Below are positions 1 through 9,654 of a DNA stretch of 64,000 nt, one piece after another; the stretch's first letter is position 1; every line of letters begins with the position of its first letter. Position numbers and translations under genes: made by a program. The DNA is from a virus (taxonomy: Duplodnaviria; Caudoviricetes): IMG/VR virus record IMGVR_UViG_3300024344_003081. One strand, given 5' to 3'. The notes under the pieces were generated by a model. That model had not been told where the DNA came from and searched no databases. It was given only the letters and a program-made list of their open reading frames with translations.

Positions 1-1
1 A

Positions 2-634
2 GATTCAGGAATTGCGGATAAAGATCCAGAAGAACTATCAAAATTTGTAGGTGATTTTGTGTTTAATCCAGTTGCAGGAACGCAAGAACTTGCAATTAAT
101 GAACCCGTAAATGTTTTAGAAATTGGAACTGGTTTTATGATGGTTCAGAGACAAGTTTTTGATAAATGGAGAGAAGCATATCCTCAGTTTCATTATAAAC
201 CAGATCATAATCGTTCAGAGCAATTTAAAGGTGATCGATATATTCATGCATATTTTGATACAGTCATTGATAATGAACAATATATGCCTATGGGTTCATC
301 GAATAAATCTGATCGATATTTATCGGAAGATTATGCATTTTGTCAATTATCAAGACATATAGACATTCCTATCTATTTGTGTCCTTGGATGAAATTAGGA
401 CATATAGGCACTTATGTTTTTGATGGTTCAATGGCTGATCTTGGAAGAATAGATACTTCAAATCCACTTGCAAAAAGTCATCAAGAACAATCTCAAAAAT
501 TAAGGGCGGCTAGAATAAAAGTTACTGAAGAAGCACAAGCAGTAAAGAAAATTGAAGACATTGAAAAGGTAAAAGGAAACAGGCAAGAAAGACGAAAAGC
601 ATTAAGAGATAAGAAGAAAAAGAAGAAACGTTGA
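2..634 (+). CDS. Conserved T4-like phage protein, glycosyltransferase-like C-terminal part (5'-truncated by window edge)
   Basis: Frame is open from nt 2 (DSGIADKDPEEL...); GTGFMMV and YLSEDYAFC motifs typical of GT-A-like phage proteins. Confidence 0.5.
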   Translation, partial: DSGIADKDPEELSKFVGDFVFNPVAGTQELAINEPVNVLEIGTGFMMVQRQVFDKWREAYPQFHYKPDHNRSEQFKGDRYIHAYFDTVIDNEQYMPMGSSNKSDRYLSEDYAFCQLSRHIDIPIYLCPWMKLGHIGTYVFDGSMADLGRIDTSNPLAKSHQEQSQKLRAARIKVTEEAQAVKKIEDIEKVKGNRQERRKALRDKKKKKKR

Positions 635-659
635 CATATGTTACTGTGTATGGTATAAT
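631..659 (+). promoter_or_regulatory. sigma70-type promoter upstream of gp45
   Basis: TTGACA (631-636), 17-nt spacer, TG-G-TATAAT (654-659). Confidence 0.85.
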
Positions 660-691
660 GATGATAATTAAACAATTAATAGAGAAAAATT

Positions 692-1369
692 ATGAAATTA
701 AGTGATCAAACGGTTTCTGTTTTGAAAAATTTTGCTAATATTAATAGTGGAATTTTCTTTGAACAAGGAAAAGTAATCAGAACAGTTGCTCCTACTAAAG
801 CAATTTTAGCGAAAGCTAATATTGTAGAAGAAATACCAAGAAATTTCGGTATATATGATATAACAAAAATGCTCGGTTCGTATTCTTTATTTGAATATCC
901 TGAAGTCGAATTTGAAGATAAGTATATTGTTATTGAAGACAAGAAGAATAAAAGAAATGTAAAATATTGGGTTTGTGATCCCGAACTTATTGTAAGACCA
1001 CCAGAAGGAAAAGAAATTGCACTTCCTTCTGAAGATGTAAATTTTGTTCTTGATTCTGATGCATTAGATTTTACAATTAAACAAGCTAGTGTTTTATCGC
1101 TTCCTGAAATAGGTATTATAGGTAATGGTACTGATATAACTATTTCAGCATTGGATTCACAAACTAATGAAACTTCTTCCGAACAAGTAGTCGGTGAAAC
1201 CGATAAAAATTTCAAATTTGTTTTTAAGTTTGAAAATATTACAAAATTGATGGCCAAAAATTATAATGTGTCTTTGTCTAGTAAAGGATTGTCGAAATTT
1301 AACAGTTCTGATAATGTTATAGAATATTTTGTTGCTATCGAATTAGCAAATTCTATATATGAAGATTAA
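692..1369 (+). CDS. gp45: Sliding clamp (T4 gp45 homolog)
   Basis: MKLSDQTVSVLKNFANINSGI N-terminus, FGIYD motif, 225 aa, directly upstream of gp44. Confidence 0.93.
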   Translation: MKLSDQTVSVLKNFANINSGIFFEQGKVIRTVAPTKAILAKANIVEEIPRNFGIYDITKMLGSYSLFEYPEVEFEDKYIVIEDKKNKRNVKYWVCDPELIVRPPEGKEIALPSEDVNFVLDSDALDFTIKQASVLSLPEIGIIGNGTDITISALDSQTNETSSEQVVGETDKNFKFVFKFENITKLMAKNYNVSLSSKGLSKFNSSDNVIEYFVAIELANSIYED

Positions 1370-1390
1370 TATGTATATTATGGATAATAA

Positions 1391-2332
1391 ATGTTTGGAG
1401 AATCTTTTTTATGGGTCGAAAAATATAGACCTAAAACAATCGATGAGTGTATACTTCCTGATAGAATAAAAACACTTTTTCAACAGATATCATCGGAAAG
1501 TCGTATTCCTAATATGATTCTTTCTGGCGGTCCTGGTATGGGTAAAACGACCGTTGCGAAAGCACTTTGTAATGAAGTGGGATGTGATTTTCTTATGATA
1601 AATGGTTCTGAAGAATCTGGTATTGATGTTCTACGTACTAAGATTAGAGGATATGCATCAACTGTTAGTTTTGATGGTAAAAGAAAAGTTGTTATACTCG
1701 ATGAAGCAGATTATTTAAATCCCCAATCTACCCAGCCCGCCTTAAGGTCTTTTATTGAAGAATTCGAAAAACATTGTTCATTTATAATGACATGTAATTA
1801 TATTAATCGAATTATTGAACCTCTTCATTCTAGATGTCAAACAATTGATTTTCGTATAAATAAAGAAGAGAAGTTAAATGTTGGATCGAATTTCGGAAAA
1901 AGACTTTATACAATCCTAGATCAAGAAAAAGTAAATTATGATAAGAAAGTGGTCGCCGAAGTGTTGATGAAACACTTTCCCGATTATCGCCGAGTATTAA
2001 ACGAACTCCAAAAATATTCTAAATATGGTAACATAGATTCGGGCATTCTGTCCCAAGTCTCCGATATAGATTTGTCTGAACTTATGAATCATATGAAAGA
2101 TAAAAAATTTAATGAGGTACGAAAATGGGTTGTTAATAATTTAGATAATGATCCACAAAAAATATATAGAAAAATATATGATGTTGCAGAAAAATATGTA
2201 CAAACAACATCGATACCTCAATTAGTATTAATTTTGGCAGACTCCCAGTATAAATCTGCATTTGCCGCAGATCATGAATTAAATTTAGTTGCATGTCTTG
2301 TAGAGATAATGGTAGAATGTCAATTTAATTAA
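1391..2332 (+). CDS. gp44: Clamp loader large subunit (gp44, RFC-like AAA+)
   Basis: WVEKYRP, Walker A GGPGMGKT, Walker B ILDEAD, SRC motif. Confidence 0.96.
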   Translation: MFGESFLWVEKYRPKTIDECILPDRIKTLFQQISSESRIPNMILSGGPGMGKTTVAKALCNEVGCDFLMINGSEESGIDVLRTKIRGYASTVSFDGKRKVVILDEADYLNPQSTQPALRSFIEEFEKHCSFIMTCNYINRIIEPLHSRCQTIDFRINKEEKLNVGSNFGKRLYTILDQEKVNYDKKVVAEVLMKHFPDYRRVLNELQKYSKYGNIDSGILSQVSDIDLSELMNHMKDKKFNEVRKWVVNNLDNDPQKIYRKIYDVAEKYVQTTSIPQLVLILADSQYKSAFAADHELNLVACLVEIMVECQFN

Positions 2333-2341
2333 AGAGATAAT

Positions 2342-2908
2342 ATGATAAAAAATGCACTTATACAAGTTCTTTTGTGTTGGTTAGTTGTTGCTTTTACAAT
2401 AATGGGTATAGGTAAAGTAATAAAAGGAGAAGAAATTAGAGATCCTAATCCAAATATAAAATTATATAATTGGACAACACAATTATTGTATGATACTACA
2501 AATGCTTGTTATCAAGGAACATTACGATGGATAGTTATGTCTAAACCTGATCTTGCTGGTATTCCTCCTGGATTTGAATCTCAAAGACAAATGTTAGTGC
2601 ATTGTTTTTGTGTCATGGATAGAATTAGATCGAAATATAAAATAGAAGAATATCGTAAAAAAGTTTTTGACAGCAAATTCATTGGAAGTCTTTTTATGGA
2701 TAATGCATTTGAATGTGTAAAAAATGAAAAAACATTACATTCTTTTTTTGTTGTGGAAGACAACGAATCACTTAAAACACGAAATATACCACAATTTAAC
2801 GAACCAACAAAAATACCAAGAGAGAAACCTGAGGATTCAAAAGAAGAGTCACCAGACCAACAACAGGAAGAATCGGAAGGATCTCCTCAAACAATTTTTC
2901 AAGGATAA
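2342..2908 (+). CDS. Hypothetical exported protein
   Basis: N-terminal hydrophobic signal, CYQG...HCFCVMD...C cysteines, acidic low-complexity tail. Confidence 0.5.
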   Translation: MIKNALIQVLLCWLVVAFTIMGIGKVIKGEEIRDPNPNIKLYNWTTQLLYDTTNACYQGTLRWIVMSKPDLAGIPPGFESQRQMLVHCFCVMDRIRSKYKIEEYRKKVFDSKFIGSLFMDNAFECVKNEKTLHSFFVVEDNESLKTRNIPQFNEPTKIPREKPEDSKEESPDQQQEESEGSPQTIFQG

Positions 2909-2910
2909 AA

Positions 2911-3999
2911 ATGAAAAACATCAAGTATTATGGCTTGATATGTTTTTTTATTATTATTTCACTTGTACCGATAAACATATCAGCTACAGAAAACAATTTT
3001 GGAGAAGTCGTTGAAAGGGCGAAAAAGTCAGTAGTATTACTGTCTATGAACCCTAGTGATAATCCAGAAACAAATCCAAATTCATCAGGACTATGTTCTG
3101 GTGTAGTTATAGATGATATTGGTCATGTTCTTACAAATTTTCATTGTGTTTATAATCAAAATTTTATAAAATTATATTATTATGATGAAAATGATTGGGC
3201 TGATTATGATGTAAATGTAATAGGTTTAGATCCGCTTGCAGATTTAGCAGTACTTCAAGTCTTAGGAAAAGAAGAACCGATTCCATATCTTAAATTTGCA
3301 GAAAATTCAGATAATATAACATTAGGAACTGATGTTTTTGCATTAGGGCATCCTATGGGAATGGCATGGAGTTTAACTAAGGGAATTGTTTCTAGTAATG
3401 AAAGATATGCTAGACATCCCTTTATTAAAGCAATTCAAACTGATTCTGCAATTAATAAAGGAAATTCGGGCGGTCCTCTTATGAACATGAAAGGAGAAAT
3501 CGTAGGGATTAATGCATTAATTGTTTCTAGAATTTCTGAAAGTGCAGGAATAGGTTTAGCGATTAGAGGTGATATTGCAAAAAAATCTGTTTTATCTATG
3601 TTATCTATTGGAAGAGTTGATAGACCAGCAATTGGTATTATGATTATGGAATTGGTCAATGAGAACTCAAGAAAAAAAATAATGAAAGAATTTCCTAAAC
3701 TTAAAGAAAATCATATTCCAAATACTTATGGAATATTTGTGAGGTCTGATAAAAACCCCAAAGGAATAAAGAAATTTGATACTATTGTTGCAATTAATGA
3801 TATCATGACTAATGGTCAAGTACAATTTTCTGATGAAATAAGTAAATATAATGTAGGAGATATTATTACTTTGACAGTTATACGAAAACGAAGATATTTA
3901 AAAGTTGATATTCCGTTAAAGGTTTTTCCCGTTGATGCTGATGCATTGTATTCAGTAATACGTAGACCAACATTACCAATAGTACCAGAAAATAAATGA
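2911..3999 (+). CDS. HtrA/DegP-family serine protease with PDZ domain
   Basis: Signal peptide; triad motifs TNFHCV, DLAVL, GNSGGPL; C-terminal PDZ-like region. Confidence 0.92.
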   Translation: MKNIKYYGLICFFIIISLVPINISATENNFGEVVERAKKSVVLLSMNPSDNPETNPNSSGLCSGVVIDDIGHVLTNFHCVYNQNFIKLYYYDENDWADYDVNVIGLDPLADLAVLQVLGKEEPIPYLKFAENSDNITLGTDVFALGHPMGMAWSLTKGIVSSNERYARHPFIKAIQTDSAINKGNSGGPLMNMKGEIVGINALIVSRISESAGIGLAIRGDIAKKSVLSMLSIGRVDRPAIGIMIMELVNENSRKKIMKEFPKLKENHIPNTYGIFVRSDKNPKGIKKFDTIVAINDIMTNGQVQFSDEISKYNVGDIITLTVIRKRRYLKVDIPLKVFPVDADALYSVIRRPTLPIVPENK

Positions 4000-4394
4000 C
4001 TCCTTTCGATTTTTTAAATGATATAAATTATGGTAAAAAAAATCTGATGGTTGATGATATCGACCATCAGGTTGAAAAACAATATACGCCCTTTATTGTT
4101 AATAAAGGACTGTCTTATACAATGGATACAGCCATTTATGCGAATGAAATGAATATTCGCCCTAATACTGATAAGAAACTACAATTTGACTATTTAATAA
4201 ATACAATCAGACGTAATAAACGTTTTCCAAAGTGGATAAAACATGAGGAAGACGAAAACATCAGAGTGATCATGGATTATTATGGATATAATGTACACAG
4301 AGCAAAGGAAGTTTTATCTTTGCACTCCATGGAAGAAATTAGTCAATTAAAAGAAAAATTAGATACGGGCGGTGAAAGGAACACAAATGTATGA
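3996..4394 (+). CDS. gp62: Clamp loader small subunit (gp62)
   Basis: PFDFLNDIN, YTPFIVNKGLS, QFDYLINTIRRNKRFPKW; position before regA. Confidence 0.9.
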   Translation: MTPFDFLNDINYGKKNLMVDDIDHQVEKQYTPFIVNKGLSYTMDTAIYANEMNIRPNTDKKLQFDYLINTIRRNKRFPKWIKHEEDENIRVIMDYYGYNVHRAKEVLSLHSMEEISQLKEKLDTGGERNTNV

Positions 4395-4782
4395 CATTAG
4401 TGAAATGGTAGAAATTATTTTAAAAGAGAGTGATGATTTTCTAAAAGTAAAAGAAACATTAACTCGGATTGGTGTAGCTAGTAGAAAAGAAAAAACGCTT
4501 TATCAGTCTTGTCACATTTTACACAAACAAAGTAAATATTATATAGTGCATTTTAAAGAGTTATTTGCTCTTGATGGTAAGCCTTATAATTTTTCAGATA
4601 CAGATATTGCTAGAAGAAACACAATAGCAAATCTATTAGAAGAATGGAATCTTGTTAAATTAGTAGATGTAGAAAAAACAAAAGATCCTTCTTTACCTTT
4701 AAATCAATTAAAAATACTTTCTTTTTCTGAAAAAGAAGAATGGACATTAACACCGAAATATAATATCGGCAAAAAATCATAA
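4387..4782 (+). CDS. regA: RegA translational repressor
   Basis: DDFLKVKETLTRIGVAS, LYQSCHILHKQSKYYIVHFKELFALDG; start moved to ATG 4387. Confidence 0.96.
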   Translation: MYDISEMVEIILKESDDFLKVKETLTRIGVASRKEKTLYQSCHILHKQSKYYIVHFKELFALDGKPYNFSDTDIARRNTIANLLEEWNLVKLVDVEKTKDPSLPLNQLKILSFSEKEEWTLTPKYNIGKKS

Positions 4783-5306
4783 TGAATGGAACATTTGAAT
4801 TACAAGAAAATTTAGGAATTTTTTGTTTGTATGATGATGTTGAAGTACCATCATTAGCAACTGAAAAGTCGGCATGTTTTGACTTGAAAGCATATCTTAA
4901 ATCGCATACAAAAGTACTTGCATATAATCATTATAATCATAAAAAAGAAATTCTCATAACAAATAACTCTTTATCAATGTTACCACATTGGAGATATCTA
5001 ATACCCACAGGAATAATTTTTGATATTCCTAGAGGATATTATGTTAAAGTTCATCCTCGTTCTGGTAATGCATTGAAAAAAGGTTTAATTACTGCAAATA
5101 ATGTGGGGATTGTTGATGAAGATTATGTAGAAGAATGTAATTGTATTATGAGAAATGTATCACATACTCCTATTCAAATTAATCATGGTGATAGAATTGC
5201 ACAAGCAGAATTGCGTAAAGTAGAAAATTTCAACATCAAACTTGTACGTAAACGACCAAAACAAAAAACAGATAGAGATGGTGGATTTGGCTCTACTGGA
5301 CAATGA
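4782..5306 (+). CDS. dut: Trimeric dUTPase
   Basis: SACFDL, PRSG, GIVDEDY, RIAQ, RDGGFGSTG motifs. Confidence 0.94.
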   Translation: MNGTFELQENLGIFCLYDDVEVPSLATEKSACFDLKAYLKSHTKVLAYNHYNHKKEILITNNSLSMLPHWRYLIPTGIIFDIPRGYYVKVHPRSGNALKKGLITANNVGIVDEDYVEECNCIMRNVSHTPIQINHGDRIAQAELRKVENFNIKLVRKRPKQKTDRDGGFGSTGQ

Positions 5307-5857
5307 TTATTGATTTAAAAGAATTAATAGATGATGATTTAATTTTTAATTATTTTTCTCATAAAGTTGAAAATGCCCAAAGTCTTACATCATCTTTAAA
5401 AACTATTCCAATTAAAAAAGACGGCTATAGAGGATATGATTTTTATTGTGATTATCTATCAATGATTTTTCATTTAAAAATTACACCTTTTGTTTCAAAA
5501 ATTCTAAATAAAGAATTAATACCAACTTTTTGTTTTACAAGAATGTATTTTGGGGGAAGTAAATTAGATTTTCATACAGATAGGGAAGCATGTGAAATTA
5601 CTGTATCTCATTGTCATTATGGTAGTCCATGGAAAATATATGTTTTAGAAGATGAATTTGTAACAGAAAAAGGAGTAAGTCTTTGTTATGAGGGAGCAAA
5701 AAAATCTCATGGTAGAGTTGCTCCAACATTAAATAAAGCATTATATTCTTTTTATCATTGGGTTGAAAAAGGTGGAAAATATGATGAATTGAAGTATGAT
5801 GAATCAGAAAAAATAGAAAAAATTTATAGTCAAACCCTTGACAAATTATATATATAA
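5303..5857 (+). CDS. 2OG-Fe(II) oxygenase-like protein
   Basis: RMY...FHTDREACEITVS (HxD) and distal HGR as in phage PKHD-type oxygenases. Confidence 0.7.
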   Translation: MIIDLKELIDDDLIFNYFSHKVENAQSLTSSLKTIPIKKDGYRGYDFYCDYLSMIFHLKITPFVSKILNKELIPTFCFTRMYFGGSKLDFHTDREACEITVSHCHYGSPWKIYVLEDEFVTEKGVSLCYEGAKKSHGRVAPTLNKALYSFYHWVEKGGKYDELKYDESEKIEKIYSQTLDKLYI

Positions 5858-5866
5858 GAGTATAAT
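5838..5866 (+). promoter_or_regulatory. sigma70-type promoter of hsp20
   Basis: TTGACA (5838-5843), 17-nt spacer, TATAAT (5861-5866). Confidence 0.85.
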
Positions 5867-5873
5867 TGATCTT

Positions 5874-5972
5874 ATGAGAATTAAAATGAAATTCTCATTG
5901 TTGCAATCAGCAACATCCCTCTGGCTTTATTGCAGAGGATTAATTAGTTAATCTGCCTATAAAGGAGATAAT
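5874..5972 (+). promoter_or_regulatory. Structured 5' UTR of hsp20, candidate ROSE-like RNA thermometer
   Basis: Hairpins 5874-5898, 5899-5915, 5918-5938 and an SD-sequestering hairpin ATCT-G-CCT/ATAA/AGG-AGAT (5951-5969) with a bulged G. Confidence 0.55.
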
Positions 5973-6440
5973 ATGTATTTAGTACCGAAATCTATCGAAG
6001 AACTCAATCGCCAACTATCAATGTCCGTAGGGTTTGATTCTTTTTTTAATCGTCTATTTGATGATGCTTTTTTAGCGAATAGTTCACAGGGGTATCCTCC
6101 TTATAATATTCGCAAAGTGACCGATACAGAGTATGCTATCGAAATTGCCTTAGCAGGATTTACAAAAGACGACCTAGATATAGAACTTGCAGATGGAACA
6201 CTTACAATAAAAACAGTTCCAAACGAAAAACAAAATGATGAAAGTTATTTACATCATGGAATCGCCAAGCGAGTCTTTACCCGAAGATTTAACCTTGCTG
6301 ATGATGTCATTGTGAAGGGTGCAGATTTGTTCAATGGCTTGCTTAAAGTTGAGCTGGAGCGAGTTATTCCTGAGGAAAAAAGACCTCGCAAAATTGATAT
6401 AGATGATGGCGTGAAAGTGGTTGATCACAAAGTTGTGTAA
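5973..6440 (+). CDS. hsp20: Small heat shock protein (Hsp20/IbpA-like)
   Basis: YPPYNI, IEIALAGF, YLHHGIAKRVFTRRF, NGLLKVELE. Confidence 0.96.
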   Translation: MYLVPKSIEELNRQLSMSVGFDSFFNRLFDDAFLANSSQGYPPYNIRKVTDTEYAIEIALAGFTKDDLDIELADGTLTIKTVPNEKQNDESYLHHGIAKRVFTRRFNLADDVIVKGADLFNGLLKVELERVIPEEKRPRKIDIDDGVKVVDHKVV

Positions 6441-6464
6441 AAAAATAACAACTTAAACAAATAA

Positions 6465-6496
6465 AGGGGGGTCATGATTATGACCTCCTTTTTTTT
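6465..6496 (+). terminator. Rho-independent terminator after hsp20
   Basis: GGGGGTCAT-GATT-ATGACCTCC stem-loop followed by T8. Confidence 0.85.
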
Positions 6497-6509
6497 AGGA
6501 TTAAATACA

Positions 6510-6974
6510 ATGAAACTCACCAAAAATTTTTCATTCAAAGAAATGACTTTTTCTGATACTGCTATTAGAAAAAATATAGACAATACTCCAGGTTTAAAAG
6601 AAGCAATAAATTTGACAAATGTTTGTAATAATATTTTGCAACCTGTAAGAGATCATTTTGGAAAAGTAGTAAGAATTAATTCTGGATATAGATCAGTTAA
6701 ATTGTGTTTAGCAGTAGGAAGTTCCGCAAAATCTCAACATGCAAAAGGAGAGGCCGCGGATTTTGAAATTAATGGTATATCGAATCATGATTTAGCAAAA
6801 TGGGTTTATAATAATTTAAATTATGATCAAATTATTTTAGAATACTACGATCCAAAAGGTGATCCCAATAGTGGTTGGGTTCATTGTTCTTATAAAGCTG
6901 ATGGAACAGGTCGTAAGCAAGCTCTAATTATTAATAAAAACACAAAGGGCAAATATCTCCCATGGAAGCCATAG
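6510..6974 (+). CDS. Peptidase M15A (Zn D-Ala-D-Ala peptidase / endolysin-like)
   Basis: LTKNFSFKEM, INSGYRS, SQHAKGEAAD, WVHCS; start moved to ATG 6510 downstream of terminator. Confidence 0.9.
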   Translation: MKLTKNFSFKEMTFSDTAIRKNIDNTPGLKEAINLTNVCNNILQPVRDHFGKVVRINSGYRSVKLCLAVGSSAKSQHAKGEAADFEINGISNHDLAKWVYNNLNYDQIILEYYDPKGDPNSGWVHCSYKADGTGRKQALIINKNTKGKYLPWKP

Positions 6975-7046
6975 AAGCATTTTTTTGGAAATGTTATCTG
7001 CAATTATTATTCGGACTTCATTTATTAATTCATAAAAAAACGTGGA

Positions 7047-7075
7047 TTGACAATCATATTTTATTATGCTATACT
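7047..7075 (+). promoter_or_regulatory. sigma70-type promoter of gp43
   Basis: TTGACA (7047-7052), 17-nt spacer, TG-C-TATACT (7070-7075). Confidence 0.8.
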
Positions 7076-7131
7076 AATTTAGATAAATTAGGTAGCAATT
7101 ACGATAAATCCTGGTACTACAAATTCACTAA

Positions 7132-9645
7132 ATGACCTTTTATACAAATGTTCAAAATTGGGGCGGTAAAATCTATTACAGAGGAATAGATTCTAACGGC
7201 ATTCACTTCAAAAAAAAGTTGGATTATAATCCAACTCTATTCATTAACTCACCAGAACCCACCGAATATAAAACTCTTGAAGGAACATGTCTTGCTCCTG
7301 TTGAATGTGGTAATATTAGACAAACAAGAGATTTTATAAAAAAGTATGAAGGAGTAGAGAATTTTAAAATCTACGGAAATACAAATTATCATTATACTTT
7401 TATTACAGATAATTTTCCTGATCAAATAAACTACGATTTAAGCAAAATAACAGTTGCGAATATTGATATAGAAACTGGTTCGGAAAATGGGTTTCCTAAT
7501 CCTGAAACTGCTCCTGAACCTGTTACTGCAATAACTATTTCTTTAAATGGAAAATATTATGTTTTTGGATGTGGTGAATATAAAGTTCATAGGAATGATG
7601 TTGAATATTTTGAATGTGAAAATGAATTACATTTACTTCAAGAATTTATATCATTGTGGTCCAAGCAAGATATAGACATTGTTACTGGTTGGAATATTAA
7701 GTTTTTTGATATACCATATCTTGTAAATAGAATGAATTTGTTATTTGACGAATCATTTTATTATGATTTATCGCCTTGGCAGTTTGTAAGTGAGAGAACG
7801 GTGATGGGTTTCGGGGGAGCAAAACAGCAACAAGCATATGAGCTTATGGGTGTTGCGACTCTTGATTATTTAGATTTATTTCGAAAATTTACTTATACTA
7901 ATCAAGAATCTTATGCGTTAAATCATATTGCTCATGTTGAATTGGGCGAAAGAAAATTAGATTATTCTGAATATGGTTCATTACATACTCTTTGGAAAGA
8001 AGATTATCAGAAATTTATAGAGTATAATGTAAAAGATGTTGAGCTTGTTAATAAATTAGATGATAAAATGAAATTAATTGAAATGGCTATTGTATTAGCA
8101 TATGATGCCAAAGTAAATTATACAGATGTTTATACACAAGTTAGAATGTGGGATACTTTAATTTATAATGAATTAAGAAATAAAGGTATACAACTTCCTC
8201 CTAAAAAAGATTCAATAAAAGATCGGCCCTATATTGGTGCTTATGTTAAAGAACCTATTCCTGGAATGTATGAGTGGGTTGCTAGTTTTGATTTGGATAG
8301 TTTATATCCACATTTAATCATGCAATATAATATTTCTCCAGAAACATTACTTACAAAATTTCCTCAAAAATCATTATCTGTTGATAAACTTTTAAATAAA
8401 GAAATTAGTACTGATTATGCTAAAACTGAAGATATATGCATAGGAGCTAATGGGTTTCATTTTTCAAATGAGCATCAAGGATTTCTTCCAGAAATGATGG
8501 AAAGAATGTATGCAGAACGAAAAAAGTTTAAAAAAGATATGCTCAAGGCACAACAAGAATTAGAAACAGAAACCGATGGATTGGATAGATTACGACTTAT
8601 TAAAGAGGTTTCAAGATTAAATAATATGCAGATGGCAAGAAAGATTCAACTTAATTCTGCTTATGGTGCTTTAGGTAATCAATATTTTAGATTTTATGAT
8701 GAAAGACAAGCAACGGCTATCACGACTGGTGGACAGCTTTCAATTAGATGGGTTGAGAATGATGTTAATCGATATTTGAATAAAATTCTCAAAACAGAAA
8801 ATAAAGATTATATTATAGCCGCTGATACTGATTCGATTTATCTAGGTTTAGATGATTTAGTTAAATCTGTTTTTACTGATACAAGCGATAAAGAAAAAAT
8901 TATTAAATTTTTAGATAAGGTATGTGAAACAAAAATACAAGATTGTATAAATGATTCATTCAATCGATTGCATGTATATATGAATGCATTTGAACAAAAA
9001 ATGAATATGTCTAGAGAAGTTCTAGCAGATAAAGCGGTTTGGACTGGTAAGAAACATTATATTATGAATGTTCATAATTCTGAGGGAGTACAGTATACTA
9101 AACCTAAATTAAAAGTAATGGGTATAGAGTCAGTAAAATCTTCAACTCCAGCAGTTTGTAGAGAAAAATTAAAACAGTCTTTTGATATTCTTATGAATGG
9201 GACTGAAGACCAAATGCAGAAATTTATTGAAGAATTTAAGGAATCATTCCAAACACTTCCTCCAGAAGATATTGCATTTCCAAGATCAGTTAAGGGAATT
9301 GACAAATATAGTGATAGTGTGTTATTATATAAGAAAGGCACGCCTATACATGTAAAGGGAACAATCATACATAATAAATTACTGAAAGAACATAAACTTA
9401 TAAAGAAATATCAAATTATTCAAGAGGGAGAAAAGATTAAATTTTCTTATCTTAAAGAACCGAATCCTGTAGGAGATACTGTAATTAGTATGGGAACAGT
9501 ATTGCCTTCAGAGTTTGGTTTACATGAATATATAAATTATAATATGCAATTTGAAAAGTCTTTTTTAGAGCCGTTAAAAAATATATTAAAATGTGTTGGA
9601 TGGGAACATGAAAAAAGAAGTACACTTGAAGATTTTTTTATTTAA
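7132..9645 (+). CDS. gp43: Family B DNA polymerase (gp43)
   Basis: Exonuclease DIET, GWNIKFFDIPY; polymerase SFDLDSLYPH, KIQLNSAYGALG, ADTDS. Confidence 0.98.
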   Translation: MTFYTNVQNWGGKIYYRGIDSNGIHFKKKLDYNPTLFINSPEPTEYKTLEGTCLAPVECGNIRQTRDFIKKYEGVENFKIYGNTNYHYTFITDNFPDQINYDLSKITVANIDIETGSENGFPNPETAPEPVTAITISLNGKYYVFGCGEYKVHRNDVEYFECENELHLLQEFISLWSKQDIDIVTGWNIKFFDIPYLVNRMNLLFDESFYYDLSPWQFVSERTVMGFGGAKQQQAYELMGVATLDYLDLFRKFTYTNQESYALNHIAHVELGERKLDYSEYGSLHTLWKEDYQKFIEYNVKDVELVNKLDDKMKLIEMAIVLAYDAKVNYTDVYTQVRMWDTLIYNELRNKGIQLPPKKDSIKDRPYIGAYVKEPIPGMYEWVASFDLDSLYPHLIMQYNISPETLLTKFPQKSLSVDKLLNKEISTDYAKTEDICIGANGFHFSNEHQGFLPEMMERMYAERKKFKKDMLKAQQELETETDGLDRLRLIKEVSRLNNMQMARKIQLNSAYGALGNQYFRFYDERQATAITTGGQLSIRWVENDVNRYLNKILKTENKDYIIAADTDSIYLGLDDLVKSVFTDTSDKEKIIKFLDKVCETKIQDCINDSFNRLHVYMNAFEQKMNMSREVLADKAVWTGKKHYIMNVHNSEGVQYTKPKLKVMGIESVKSSTPAVCREKLKQSFDILMNGTEDQMQKFIEEFKESFQTLPPEDIAFPRSVKGIDKYSDSVLLYKKGTPIHVKGTIIHNKLLKEHKLIKKYQIIQEGEKIKFSYLKEPNPVGDTVISMGTVLPSEFGLHEYINYNMQFEKSFLEPLKNILKCVGWEHEKRSTLEDFFI

Positions 9646-9654
9646 GGAGATATA

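Noticed and set aside
6474-6509. N-terminal extension of the M15A peptidase given in the ORF track
   Set aside because: The extension lies within the hsp20 terminator hairpin; ATG 6510 has an AGGA SD and matches the family start
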